Origin: a virus
Strand: one strand, 5' to 3'
IMG/VR virus record: IMGVR_UViG_3300045988_154277
DNA: 64,000 nt
Position 1 is the first letter of the stretch, and every line of letters starts with the position of its first letter. Below, piece after piece: positions 18,889 to 28,565 of the stretch. The notes under the pieces were generated by a model, which did not search any database, was not told where the DNA came from, and was given only the letters and a program-made list of their open reading frames with translations. The position numbers and the translations under genes were made by a program.

Positions 18889-20703
18889 TTATTTTGAGGT
18901 CTCTACGCTCACACGGTTGGTTGGAACTTGGATCGTTTTTAGGTCCAGATTCAGGTGATGTTGTTCTGCGAACAGACTGAGCATTTCGTCATATCCAGGG
19001 ATGTTGAAATGCTGCTCACAAAGCTTGACTGCATTCTCTACAACGGCTGGATATCTGGAGAAGAACTCGAAGATATACTCAGCGTTCTGTTTGACGATCT
19101 TGTCTGCATACTTCTTCTCTGCTTTGGTCTTCTCTTTCGGTGGGAGAAGATCGATCTCTTCTCTCATCCTTTGTAGTTCCTCGATCGAATATGGACAACC
19201 TGTGATCCAGAGTACCGTAGCCTCTTTTGTCTCACGGGAGATGTTCATCGCGATCGTGATACTGGGATAGAACGAAGTTACATCCAAGTCACAACAGAGT
19301 CGATAGATGCCGGTTGGATCGTCAGACTCCTGCATACAACGACTACCCTTGTATCGCATCAGAGATGGACTGAGTACAGTACCGCCGACGTTGCTGATTA
19401 GTTTATCATAACTCTTCGCCATGGAACCAGATACGGTTCCAGGCACAGCTCCTTTAGATAGGCAATACTCGTAGAACTGTGCTTTTAACTGTACTGTCTG
19501 ATGAGCGAAGTCGTCCAACAGGGATGGTCCTGTCAACATGATCATCGAGGATATGTCGGTTGTGACATGATCTAGGATGTTGGGTTGCAGAACGTCGAAG
19601 CAGTTATATACAGCGTAGCCTACTTTGTCCTTGGTCTGCATCAGGTAGTGAGTTTGATTTGATCCGAACTTCATCTTACCAGCACCCAGGTTCTTCCCAC
19701 AAATATAATCCAATGTGTACATGACCTCACGTCCTTTTACCTTACGGAGTCGTCCATACAGACACATGGGATCCACCCAGTAACTATATCCAGGACATTT
19801 CAAGATATGCCACTTGTCTGCCAGATGTTCCACCTTCCGTTTGTCCTCTTCGAATTTAAACATTCGAAACTCAGGAGGAACATCAGGGTGTGCGAAGAGT
19901 TCAACTGGATCCAACCCACGGAACAGAGCACGTCTTGGGATCCAATCCAATTCGTAAGCATCGTTCCAAGCCAACAAGAAATCTGGTTTACACAGGATCG
20001 CTGTTCTTACGGATTGCTCGATCAACTCTTTCTCATTGGAGCACATGATGAACTTCGGTGTCCACTCTTCTGGGATGAACACTTTTTTGGCTTTGTCATT
20101 GAGCTGACTGTAGATGTTGTTCAACTCAAGATTCCACCGATCCATCAACTCCTGTCTCCAGTTCTCAGATGGTTGGAACCATTCTTGCAAGATCCAACAG
20201 TAGATCGTCCGGGTTTTCCAATCACAGTAACCGTTCAGGATGATCTGCTCATCTCCGAGAACGGAGGTTTCAATATCCATCACTCCGATGTCATAGGTTG
20301 TGATACCCTTCTTCGAAGCTTCGATATACTCCAACTTCATTTGGATCTCAGGATCGATATCTGCTCCATACACATAAGGACTCTCTAAGAGCTTCCGTGT
20401 GTTGATGTAGCCATATGTAGGGTAACCTAACGCTTTCGCTAAGGTCTCTCCCATCTTCTTATACTGACAGATATAGACATCCAGTTCTGACAGTTTTGCA
20501 CTCTCTCGTTTGTTCTCGTAGTTGCGAAGTCCTTTTCTCGCAACCCACACTCGTACCATAGGGTTCCTTACGATGTGTAGTTTGGACTCCAAGGTATCGA
20601 CATCTTTCACCATAGCCACGATCCCATCCATACCGGAAGGATTGTTGGATGGAGGGATATAACAACTGTGGATGAAGTTACAATTCGGTATCGGGTTATA
20701 CAT
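18889..20703 (-). CDS. family-B DNA polymerase, N-terminal part (3'-5' exonuclease plus motif A)
   Basis: Exo I MDIETS, Exo II YNCFDV, and polymerase motif A DVTSFYPSITIAMN (consensus DxxSLYPS). The ORF stops about 100 aa after motif A and a hairpin terminator follows. Motifs B and C are not present in the adjacent sequence. Confidence 0.6.
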   Translation of the reverse strand: MYNPIPNCNFIHSCYIPPSNNPSGMDGIVAMVKDVDTLESKLHIVRNPMVRVWVARKGLRNYENKRESAKLSELDVYICQYKKMGETLAKALGYPTYGYINTRKLLESPYVYGADIDPEIQMKLEYIEASKKGITTYDIGVMDIETSVLGDEQIILNGYCDWKTRTIYCWILQEWFQPSENWRQELMDRWNLELNNIYSQLNDKAKKVFIPEEWTPKFIMCSNEKELIEQSVRTAILCKPDFLLAWNDAYELDWIPRRALFRGLDPVELFAHPDVPPEFRMFKFEEDKRKVEHLADKWHILKCPGYSYWVDPMCLYGRLRKVKGREVMYTLDYICGKNLGAGKMKFGSNQTHYLMQTKDKVGYAVYNCFDVLQPNILDHVTTDISSMIMLTGPSLLDDFAHQTVQLKAQFYEYCLSKGAVPGTVSGSMAKSYDKLISNVGGTVLSPSLMRYKGSRCMQESDDPTGIYRLCCDLDVTSFYPSITIAMNISRETKEATVLWITGCPYSIEELQRMREEIDLLPPKEKTKAEKKYADKIVKQNAEYIFEFFSRYPAVVENAVKLCEQHFNIPGYDEMLSLFAEQHHLNLDLKTIQVPTNRVSVETSK

Positions 20704-20751
20704 AAGCGTTCCTTTTCGTTGTTCGTCAAAGTATCGTTCGAAGTGCTTACT

Positions 20752-20773
20752 TAGTAATATATACGTAAGATAG
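20752..20773 (+). promoter_or_regulatory. AT-rich conserved intergenic motif, copy a
   Basis: TAGTAATATATACGTAAGATAG. It overlaps a hairpin and lies 48 nt from the polymerase-gene ATG, which is on the minus strand. Confidence 0.35.
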
Positions 20774-20802
20774 GGCTGACCCTATCTTACGTATACACTA
20801 GT

Positions 20803-21273
20803 TCAAAGCTGTTGTACGTCAGCATCTCGCAGATCGATCTCAACCTTCTTTGGTTGAAACGCTTGGCTCAATGTTGCTTCCATCTTGGGATCATCCAGTT
20901 CCACATGGAACGGGTCTCCCAAACACGCTTTCCCTCTACGGTCCATCACGAGTCCTTGGAACTCAAGATTCGTCAACTGCATAAACTGAACCGTGTGGTT
21001 GTTCCCTGAATCATAGAGCCCACGATCATCCATCGCAGGTAACAGTTTGTGTACCTGGATCGGTACGAGACTCTTATCGTCTTTGGGATTACCAACACAC
21101 ATACATCCTGGTTTCGAGATGGAGATGAAGTTCCACCCAGGATAACGTTTCATGATGTTGAGGAGATACTCTCCGATGTTGTTCATATCAACTGTATCAG
21201 AGGGAGTACGTTTCGGTTCCATCCCTGCAGCTCGTAGAGCGCGCCGTCTCTTCTTCGCTTGTCGTTCGGACAT
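20803..21273 (-). CDS. hypothetical protein with basic N-terminus
   Basis: 156-aa ORF with N-terminal KKRRRALRAAG. Confidence 0.35.
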   Translation of the reverse strand: MSERQAKKRRRALRAAGMEPKRTPSDTVDMNNIGEYLLNIMKRYPGWNFISISKPGCMCVGNPKDDKSLVPIQVHKLLPAMDDRGLYDSGNNHTVQFMQLTNLEFQGLVMDRRGKACLGDPFHVELDDPKMEATLSQAFQPKKVEIDLRDADVQQL

Positions 21274-21287
21274 GTTTAGATCCTATC

Positions 21288-21842
21288 TCACTTCTGGTTC
21301 AATACATTACAACAGAACGTCCAGTTACACGCGATCGCATCCGCTGAATGTTCTTTCAACTTATATCTTTCGGACTCTTCGAACTGGATCTCCGGGATCT
21401 TGCGGATGGCTTTCTGCACATCCAGTTTACCTGAGTCTCCACGTCCGACTGCTCGTTTGATCACTTTCGGTTGGAAGGTATACAGTTTGATCTGATACGT
21501 CTTCCATAAGAACAACTCGACAGCTGTGATCCAACCCAATAAGGCTGCATACGCTGACGGTCTAAATCGATTAAAGAATGCATCTTCCGAACAGATGTAG
21601 TTCGGTCTGTATTCTGCATAGAGATCACTGACCATCTCTTCTGTCTTCAATAGAGTCAGAAGACGACGTCCACACAATTCCACCATCGGTCGCATGATCG
21701 ACCGATCCAAGTCTTTGGATGGTTCCATCACTCCGTAATCCAAGATCTGGAGTAGATTTTGACCCTTGTAATAATCACCGATCGCCCATCCTGCGAAGGT
21801 GAGTCCGGGGTCGAAGCTTAAGATCCGTACTGCATCCGACAT
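21288..21842 (-). CDS. RuvC-like Holliday junction resolvase
   Basis: AGGAGG SD. LSFDPGLTFAGWAIG matches the RuvC motif IDPGxxxxGxA. Downstream acidic residues SEDAFF and EHSADAIA sit where the catalytic residues are expected. Confidence 0.55.
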   Translation of the reverse strand: MSDAVRILSFDPGLTFAGWAIGDYYKGQNLLQILDYGVMEPSKDLDRSIMRPMVELCGRRLLTLLKTEEMVSDLYAEYRPNYICSEDAFFNRFRPSAYAALLGWITAVELFLWKTYQIKLYTFQPKVIKRAVGRGDSGKLDVQKAIRKIPEIQFEESERYKLKEHSADAIACNWTFCCNVLNQK

Positions 21843-21869
21843 GATACCTCCTGATCAGGTACCACATCG

Positions 21870-22007
21870 TTATTCTTCGATGTCTTCAAGATCATCGCCT
21901 TCGTTGTTCTCCACTGTGGAAGAACCGGGATCCATCACTTCCAGACTATCGAGAGTCACCTCTTCTTCAGTTGCCTGAGGAGGTTGTTTTTGTTTCTGTT
22001 TCGGCAT
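21870..22007 (-). CDS. small acidic protein (45 aa)
   Basis: GGAG 8 nt upstream of the ATG. The product is MPKQKQKQPPQATEEEV...DLEDIEE. It fills the gap between a terminator and the resolvase gene. Confidence 0.3.
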   Translation of the reverse strand: MPKQKQKQPPQATEEEVTLDSLEVMDPGSSTVENNEGDDLEDIEE

Positions 22008-22039
22008 ATGTACATCTCCGTGTTGATCAAAAAGAAAAT

Positions 22040-22064
22040 AGGAGAGGATGCAAGATCCTCTCCT
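22040..22064 (-). terminator. hairpin terminator after the abundant 157-aa gene
   Basis: AGGAGAGGATGCAAGATCCTCTCCT. Confidence 0.45.
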
Positions 22065-22088
22065 AGTATGGTGAACTCAGTTCACCGA

Positions 22089-22562
22089 TCAGCCATGGAT
22101 CGCCTTGAACGCAGCTTCCACTTCTTTGGCAGCCTGATCCAGAGCTCCGCCTTCCTCAGCCAGACGCTTCGGAACTTTGTGCTGGAACTTCACGGAGACC
22201 ACGCCGTAGTTGTGATGAACTTCGCCGTTCGGATCACGGGGGTTCTTCGTTTCGACATGCTCTTTCATGCCGACAACGATACGACCGTTGCCGAGTCCGG
22301 CTTTGAGAACGCAGTCACGATGATCGTTCTTGACGTGATCCTTGAGGAACCCAACCGAACGTTCGGTGAGAGTGTCGATGGCCGCAGATTCCGCTTTCTT
22401 GAATTCGGCATATTCCGGAATGCCGTTCTCCTTGAAGAACTTGTTCAGTTCATCCTGAGACATGGTGAAATCGCCGTTCGACCGACGGGTGACCTCGCCA
22501 AGTCCTTCGACGTTGTAAGACTTCTGTTCGAATTCCTTCTTCTCTTTCGCTTCTTCGCTCAT
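22089..22562 (-). CDS. abundant small protein (157 aa), function unknown
   Basis: GC3-rich host-optimised codons that differ sharply from the flanking genes. Hairpin terminator at 22040-22064. Its ATG overlaps the stop of a 42-aa upstream ORF as ATGA. Confidence 0.5.
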   Translation of the reverse strand: MSEEAKEKKEFEQKSYNVEGLGEVTRRSNGDFTMSQDELNKFFKENGIPEYAEFKKAESAAIDTLTERSVGFLKDHVKNDHRDCVLKAGLGNGRIVVGMKEHVETKNPRDPNGEVHHNYGVVSVKFQHKVPKRLAEEGGALDQAAKEVEAAFKAIHG

Positions 22563-22686
22563 GAGAAAACTCCTGTTTTGATGTTGTTGTCTTTGATGTA
22601 CGCTACCTTATTACCGTAGGTGTCCAGGACTACGGGAAGCTTCACACTAACTTGTGTTCCAGGTTCACTTATCAGGATCTGCTTCA
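22559..22686 (-). CDS. small ORF (42 aa) coupled to the abundant-protein gene
   Basis: Its stop overlaps the downstream start as ATGA. Its ATG lies 3 nt from the reverse complement of an AT-rich motif copy. No SD. Confidence 0.25.
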
Positions 22687-22687
22687 T

Positions 22688-22709
22688 AGTGTTATATATA
22701 CGTAAATAT
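22688..22709 (+). promoter_or_regulatory. AT-rich conserved intergenic motif, copy b
   Basis: GTGTTATATATACGTAAATATG upstream of the abundant 157-aa gene. Confidence 0.35.
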
Positions 22710-22859
22710 GTTTTGACGTGATTTGACACAAAAGAGAAAGTATGCGAACATATTAATGGAAAGTGTTCTGTCCAGAGAATCACTTCCCAAATTAGTATGC
22801 TAACAAAACAATGATAAGTCAGGATTTCGTTGTAATGTTAGCATATCACTCGTTGTTTG

Positions 22860-23012
22860 TTACTGACGGATCACACAGTCATAAGTGTGACCGGTCAACC
22901 AGACCTCATACTGGATCTGGGCAACGGCACGTTGCATGGCGGTCAACAAATCATCACCACGTGCTAGAAACTCGTTTTTCAGAGTCTCGTATCTGTAGCC
23001 AAACTCAGACAT
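22860..23012 (-). CDS. small protein, paralog 1 (50 aa)
   Basis: The ATG follows the SD GGAGGTGGAACT. The product ends ...DDLLTAMQRAVAQIQYEVWLTGHTYDCVIRQ. Confidence 0.4.
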   Translation of the reverse strand: MSEFGYRYETLKNEFLARGDDLLTAMQRAVAQIQYEVWLTGHTYDCVIRQ

Positions 23013-23252
23013 AGTTCCACCTCCTCTCGTATGACGTTGTGTGATGCTATCAAGTTACCTGACAATTTGACGGCTCACGGTTGTATGTAATCAGGACGAA
23101 ACTAACAACGAGACACAGAGAGGTAGTGTGTAGCTACCTCTCTGTACCTTCTATTGTAAGTTCTCCTGTATGTAGTAAAAAAGAATCATCAAGCATCATG
23201 TTCTGAGTCAGGATCAGAACACAATACTTGATGATCGTAGGACTATAGCTAA

Positions 23253-23390
23253 TTAGCTATAGGTACGTCCTGTTGTACGGACTTCGTACTGTATCTGTGA
23301 CACAGCCAAATTCATCGCATCCAGGATATCGTACCCAGCAGCTACGAATTGGTGATACAATTCATAGTAGCGTTGATGAAACGTCTTCAC
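23253..23390 (-). CDS. small protein, paralog 2 (45 aa)
   Basis: GTG start after AGGAGG. The product ...YDILDAMNLAVSQIQYEVRTTGRTYS shares the D-[IL]-L-x-A-M-x-x-A-V-[AS]-Q-I-Q-Y-E-V core with paralog 1. Confidence 0.4.
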   Translation of the reverse strand: MKTFHQRYYELYHQFVAAGYDILDAMNLAVSQIQYEVRTTGRTYS

Positions 23391-23620
23391 GTATTCACCT
23401 CCTTTCTGAGAGTTGAACACAAGTAGGCAGCTTCCTGACAACTGTTCTACCTGTGTTGTGATCTCTTGACTTCAAACAAGACACTGTACCGTAGCTCGCA
23501 ACTACGGTACAGTGTCGCTTTCTATCAAGAAACCACAGGGTTGAAAAAGAGAGCGACGATACAGCAAGTGTCGCTCTAAGAATCGCGGGTGCACAAACTA
23601 GTGCACCCGCATCTTACACT

Positions 23621-23643
23621 AAGTAATATATACGTGAAAATAG
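23621..23643 (+). promoter_or_regulatory. AT-rich conserved intergenic motif, copy c
   Basis: AAGTAATATATACGTGAAAATAG, preceded by a hairpin, about 63 nt before the Rad50 ATG. Confidence 0.35.
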
Positions 23644-23705
23644 TTCCATCTACACTTTTCTAAGTGACTGTTCAAAACCATCTTTTGAATCAAAAAGAGG
23701 TCATT

Positions 23706-26282
23706 ATGTTTATCACACGTTTTGAAATACACTTATACAAACCACTCCTACACAACAACATCAAACATGTAGTTGTGAATGATCTAACTCAGCAGACGGT
23801 ATTGGTTGCACCGAATGGATTCGGGAAGAGTTCGATCATGAGAGAGTTGACTCCTTACCCTGCTTGTCGCTCTGACTATGAGAAGCAAGGTAAGAAGATC
23901 ATCGAGATCCAACATGAGAAATCTTACTACATCCTTACATCGGATTTCAGTAAGATCAATGGAGCACATAGCTTCATCAAAGATGATGAAGAACTGAACC
24001 AGAGTGGCACCACAGAGGTGCAGGAGAGCTTGGTTGCACAACATTTCGGATACACTCAGGTGATCGACAAACTGTTATCCGGTGAGTATCAGGTCTGCTC
24101 TATGAGTGTAGCTGCTCGTAAGGAGTTGATCTACAGTACTTACCCAACATCATTAACGTTCATCTTGGATAAGTACCAAGCTTTGAAATCCAAGATCAGA
24201 ACATGCAGCAATCAGTTGAAGTTGCTGAATGAGAGAAAACTCAAGTTAACCGATCTTCTGTTGAAAGACGAAACACTTCAGTACTTTGAACAGTATCGGA
24301 AAGATCTCAACCGTGCACTCAGTGTTTTGGATCGTGAGATCTATGCGATGAACAAAACGTCTGGTGATATCAAGAACCGAATTACGACGTTAAAGATGGA
24401 ACGTGGGTCTGAAGCTGAGGTATCATTAGAGACGATCCTTCAGGAGTGTAAGAACATCTCCATGGAGATGTTCGAACTGAAGTTGAACCATGAGGTAGAT
24501 CTTGTTGTCCCTGCACAACTGGATCGGCTGATCGGGAAGTTAAGTGCACAAGCTGAGACACATCATGAGAAGAAGAACACTTTAACAGAACGAGGAACTC
24601 AGTTGAGTTCTGAGATCGATAAGATCCGTACTTCTCTTCAGAACGACACGGCTACGGCGATCCAGGAGTGTAAACGGTTGATCGAAGTCCAAGAGGAGAT
24701 CGTCCGGCAGAACACGATGGACGACGATACACCTGTTGTTCCATTGGAAGAGGCTCTGAAGTTGGAAGAGAACATAGATAAGATCCGAGAGGATCTTCAA
24801 TTCTTACAGGGATATCTTCCACTGATCACGCATAAAGAGTACAACGATCTTCTAGCCAAACGCGCACTACTGGAAGGCAGGATCCATCAGGTAGAACCGG
24901 AAGTATCACGGTTGGAGAATGTGATCGGTGAAGTCCAGAAGAAGATCCACTCTTTAAAGGACAAACACTCGTATCCATCAGACTGCAAACGCACTTGTAA
25001 GTTGAGAGAGAACTTGGAATCCGTTCTTCTATCTTACCAATTGGAGTTGAAAGATTACGAGACTTCTTATCAACGGGATCGTAAGATCCTACAGGAAGCA
25101 AAACAGCAGTATGACGAAGCAAATACAAAGGTTGAAGGGCAGAGAGCAGCGAGGCTTATTTTGCTCAAACTGGAGACACTTTTCACCCGCAAAACCTGGG
25201 GTCTTTTTGTGTGTTCTGATCTTGATCCATTAGACGCGATCAATCAGGACGTTACGAAAATCATCAACCGTTGTCTGAAGGTTGTTCAGAAAGCCAAAGC
25301 ACATGCTAAAGTCAAAGAGGCAGAGGACAAACTAACAGGACTTCGTGCGAAGTTGTTAGGTCTCCAAGCATCCGATCAACCTGTGAAAGAGTATCTCACG
25401 AAATCTCTGGTTGAGAAAGAGTATGAGTTGAATCAGATCGGGAAACAACTCTCCTTACTGGATCAGAGATTATCGTCTACAGAACTCGCTCTTCAGGTTT
25501 ACAAAGATCATCTGAATCTCCATAATCGTATCACTCACCTCAATGGTGTGTATCATCTATGGCAACAGCTCTATGTGCATGAAGAGGAGTTGCGATGCCT
25601 GGACGATATGGTGTGGTATCTTCAAGATGTGAAGAATCAGATCAACGAGAAGTTGAGAGAGTTGGAGACGATCGTCAAAGAACAGTCCGGATATCTGACC
25701 CGATTGAAAGAAGAGATCGAACCATCGATCCAGGAGATCTCAGGTAAGATGAAGAAGTTGGTCGCTGTAGCGGAACAACTATCTCCTGTATCAGGGATCC
25801 CTTATCGGTATACCGTAAGATACGTCAACACAGTTTTGCAGTTGGCGAATATGTTTATCCGTCAGGTGTGGAACTACGACATCGAACTGGCTTATTTCGA
25901 TGAGAACAAACAGAATGATTTCGACTTCAACTTCCGGTTGTTGATCAACCACAACAGTGAAGTGAAAGATATCAAACTCTGTTCGAAGAGCCAGAAGTCG
26001 ATCATCAATCTGGTGATGCGGTTGGCGATCTGCATCTATCGTGGATACATCCATCAGTATCCTCTGAAACTGGATGAGATCGATGATGGTTGCAGTCCGA
26101 TCCATCAGGATCGGTTGACTTCGTTCCTTGTGGAGTTTCTGAACAAAAAGAATATCCTACAAGCGTTCATCGTCAACCAATCGGTTGCTGTAAGCAGTAG
26201 CTTCACGGATGCTGGTATGATCTTGTTGTCGGAAGATGAGATCGTTCCGGAACACTGTGTTGTAAAGTCCAAAGTCAATTGA
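23706..26282 (+). CDS. Rad50/SbcC-family ATPase
   Basis: AAAGAGG SD before ATG 23706. Walker A VLVAPNGFGKSS, long coiled-coil middle, signature-like SKSQKS, Walker B LKLDEIDDG. Confidence 0.65.
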   Translation: MFITRFEIHLYKPLLHNNIKHVVVNDLTQQTVLVAPNGFGKSSIMRELTPYPACRSDYEKQGKKIIEIQHEKSYYILTSDFSKINGAHSFIKDDEELNQSGTTEVQESLVAQHFGYTQVIDKLLSGEYQVCSMSVAARKELIYSTYPTSLTFILDKYQALKSKIRTCSNQLKLLNERKLKLTDLLLKDETLQYFEQYRKDLNRALSVLDREIYAMNKTSGDIKNRITTLKMERGSEAEVSLETILQECKNISMEMFELKLNHEVDLVVPAQLDRLIGKLSAQAETHHEKKNTLTERGTQLSSEIDKIRTSLQNDTATAIQECKRLIEVQEEIVRQNTMDDDTPVVPLEEALKLEENIDKIREDLQFLQGYLPLITHKEYNDLLAKRALLEGRIHQVEPEVSRLENVIGEVQKKIHSLKDKHSYPSDCKRTCKLRENLESVLLSYQLELKDYETSYQRDRKILQEAKQQYDEANTKVEGQRAARLILLKLETLFTRKTWGLFVCSDLDPLDAINQDVTKIINRCLKVVQKAKAHAKVKEAEDKLTGLRAKLLGLQASDQPVKEYLTKSLVEKEYELNQIGKQLSLLDQRLSSTELALQVYKDHLNLHNRITHLNGVYHLWQQLYVHEEELRCLDDMVWYLQDVKNQINEKLRELETIVKEQSGYLTRLKEEIEPSIQEISGKMKKLVAVAEQLSPVSGIPYRYTVRYVNTVLQLANMFIRQVWNYDIELAYFDENKQNDFDFNFRLLINHNSEVKDIKLCSKSQKSIINLVMRLAICIYRGYIHQYPLKLDEIDDGCSPIHQDRLTSFLVEFLNKKNILQAFIVNQSVAVSSSFTDAGMILLSEDEIVPEHCVVKSKVN

Positions 26283-26284
26283 TA

Positions 26285-26320
26285 TCTAGAGGTAGTGGAG
26301 GATCCTCCACTACCTCTAGA
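26285..26320. terminator. bidirectional hairpin terminator
   Basis: TCTAGAGGTAGTGGAGGATCCTCCACTACCTCTAGA between convergent genes. Confidence 0.5.
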
Positions 26321-26326
26321 ACTCTA

Positions 26327-27190
26327 TCACATCTTAGTGATCGTAACATCGTTGTTGTTGGTGGATACACGGAACTTCTTATCGGTCCCTCTGATCGCAA
26401 TGACATTTTGAGATTCGTTGATCAACTCGTAACTTCGTTTTACGAAGGGGTGTTCTGAGTTGTTCAAGATATACTCGATCACTTGATAGTGGTACTCGTC
26501 AAGTTTCTTATACTTGATATACTCGTTAAAATCTGAGTTGATGGGATGAACTTTCCCTGAGATGTGATCCGTTTCGAATGAGTGACTGACGATCATCTGG
26601 CATTTCGTCTCAGCGTAGATCACCATCTGAGTACTGCGGTCTACGAAGTTCACAACATCGTAGCAGACCGTCTTCGGGTAGTCGATCGCTCCTGTTACCG
26701 TGAACAGTTGGTTGTTCAGACTGAAATCGAAGTTCTTCCTCTGTGCATCAGTCACAGCAGTACGGATCAATGTGACATTGTACTCCTGTTCATCTATCTG
26801 TGCGATCGTTAAACAAGAGATGTAACTCTTACGACAAGCGTTCACCTGGATGTCGATGATCATACTGTTGTTGTACAGGTACATCTCATTATAGTTCTCC
26901 AAATCAACGTACAGTCGGATGCTGTCATTGTTTCGTTCGATCGCATACGTGAATGTCTTACCATGCTCCAGATCAACGATCTCCAATGATCCTGCGATAC
27001 AGACGTTAGAAAAGAAGGTATAGTTGAAATGGTACCGTTCTCCTCCGACGATTACATCGTACTTCATGTACTTGTCTTTAATAGTTTTCTGAAGTACAGT
27101 GATGTTGTACTCATCGTCAAAACGTTTGTGTCGAGGCATGATGTTGTTCACGACGGTAGCGTTCGCATACCACATGAATTTAAGGTCCAT
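26327..27190 (-). CDS. hypothetical protein
   Basis: GGAGG SD before ATG at 27190. Divergent from the next gene. Confidence 0.4.
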   Translation of the reverse strand: MDLKFMWYANATVVNNIMPRHKRFDDEYNITVLQKTIKDKYMKYDVIVGGERYHFNYTFFSNVCIAGSLEIVDLEHGKTFTYAIERNNDSIRLYVDLENYNEMYLYNNSMIIDIQVNACRKSYISCLTIAQIDEQEYNVTLIRTAVTDAQRKNFDFSLNNQLFTVTGAIDYPKTVCYDVVNFVDRSTQMVIYAETKCQMIVSHSFETDHISGKVHPINSDFNEYIKYKKLDEYHYQVIEYILNNSEHPFVKRSYELINESQNVIAIRGTDKKFRVSTNNNDVTITKM

Positions 27191-27303
27191 GTTACCTACC
27201 TCCAACGTTATAAGTTATAATGTGCATACCATGACTCCTAGCCCCACTGTTCCGGGTCATGGTATGGCAAAATCAACAGAAACTAGAATGGAAGGAGATC
27301 ATC

Positions 27304-28116
27304 ATGAACAATGCGATCGATCTTGCTTTAACAACGATTACGAATGAAATACCTCCTGATGTGTTGGCTTATGCGTTCAGCACCAGAGAGGAAGAAGAGA
27401 AGACATGGAGTGTTCAGCAGATGGTTCTGGATAAGGTGATCCAGGATCGTGTGTTGAAAGATATGAACGTTCACGGTGGTAAACTGAAACATATCGTTCT
27501 ACTCCCCAAATACAGAGAAAAACTCCGTATGGATGTACAGGATGCTTATATGCACACGGGTCCGTTCTCCCTGTATCGTATCCCACCGGAGGAACGGGAA
27601 GGGCTTCCTCTCGTAGAAGTACATGGGTTGACGTATCGCGGCAACTATGCTGGATATGTCCCCAATATGAACGGCTGGGCTGGTGGTGTGAATCTAAACA
27701 CACTTGGACAGGCTGTGTTAGACAGTCATACTTTCGCATCCTCTCCGCCGAAGCCCAATGTGGAGCTTCTGAGTGGTGACCTTGTGAAGCTATGGCCTGC
27801 ACAGCATTCGATCATCGTGTGGGTGATGAGTTGTCGTATCGCTTACGACAAGGACTTCACCAACCTGAACACCAGTGCGTTGGAGACATTTGAAGAGTTG
27901 TGCCTGGAAGCTACCAAAGCCTACATCTACAATCAAACGATCATCGCTCTTGATAGAGGATACGTGGAATCTGGTTATGAGATCGGTGAGATGAAACGTA
28001 CCATCGACACTTACGCTGATAGTCGACAACGCTATCGTGAGTTAAGAGAGCAACTCGTCGGAGCTATGAACTTGGATCCGAGCCGGATCATCGAACTGGC
28101 AAGCTTCATCCTTTGA
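27304..28116 (+). CDS. hypothetical protein
   Basis: GGAAGGAG SD before ATG 27304. Confidence 0.4.
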   Translation: MNNAIDLALTTITNEIPPDVLAYAFSTREEEEKTWSVQQMVLDKVIQDRVLKDMNVHGGKLKHIVLLPKYREKLRMDVQDAYMHTGPFSLYRIPPEEREGLPLVEVHGLTYRGNYAGYVPNMNGWAGGVNLNTLGQAVLDSHTFASSPPKPNVELLSGDLVKLWPAQHSIIVWVMSCRIAYDKDFTNLNTSALETFEELCLEATKAYIYNQTIIALDRGYVESGYEIGEMKRTIDTYADSRQRYRELREQLVGAMNLDPSRIIELASFIL

Positions 28117-28129
28117 TGTGAAACAAAAA

Positions 28130-28165
28130 GAGAAGGTAGGACCTGGATGGTACCTACCTTCTCTT
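28130..28165. terminator. bidirectional hairpin terminator
   Basis: AGAGAAGGTAGGACCTGGATGGTACCTACCTTCTCT. Confidence 0.5.
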
Positions 28166-28167
28166 AC

Positions 28168-28548
28168 TTATTTGGATTTTTCATCAGATCGCTTATCAGG
28201 TTCCAGATCTAACGATCGTGTAATCCGTTCTGGAAGTTGATAGATCGGATTTACCTTGACCAACGATTCCAACTCCTTCATGGCCTGACGATGAAATGTC
28301 TTTGCAAGTTCTTTATCGATCTTCAAGGCATTCTTCATCCAAGCGTTGTCTCTCAGATTACAAATGTAGTTCTTCAGACCATCGATGGTGGTTAACAACG
28401 ACAACACGATCCTCCAGAGTAACTTGGTCTCCACTGAGTAGTTCAGTGCGATCGACACGTGGTGCATACCAACGAAGATCGACGCAAGTACACTCAGGAA
28501 CGCCACGAGTGTCATCAACCAACAGTATCCGTTCCAATCACCCATCAA
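28168..28548 (-). CDS. small membrane protein
   Basis: N-terminal hydrophobic helix WLMTLVAFLSVLASIFVG. First of four consecutive small membrane-protein genes. Confidence 0.4.
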   Translation of the reverse strand: MMGDWNGYCWLMTLVAFLSVLASIFVGMHHVSIALNYSVETKLLWRIVLSLLTTIDGLKNYICNLRDNAWMKNALKIDKELAKTFHRQAMKELESLVKVNPIYQLPERITRSLDLEPDKRSDEKSK

Positions 28549-28565
28549 CTGATCTCCTTCCGTGT

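Noticed and set aside
21984-22619. 211-aa plus-strand ORF
   Set aside because: It is a shadow of the minus-strand abundant 157-aa gene. It spans a terminator hairpin and an intergenic region.
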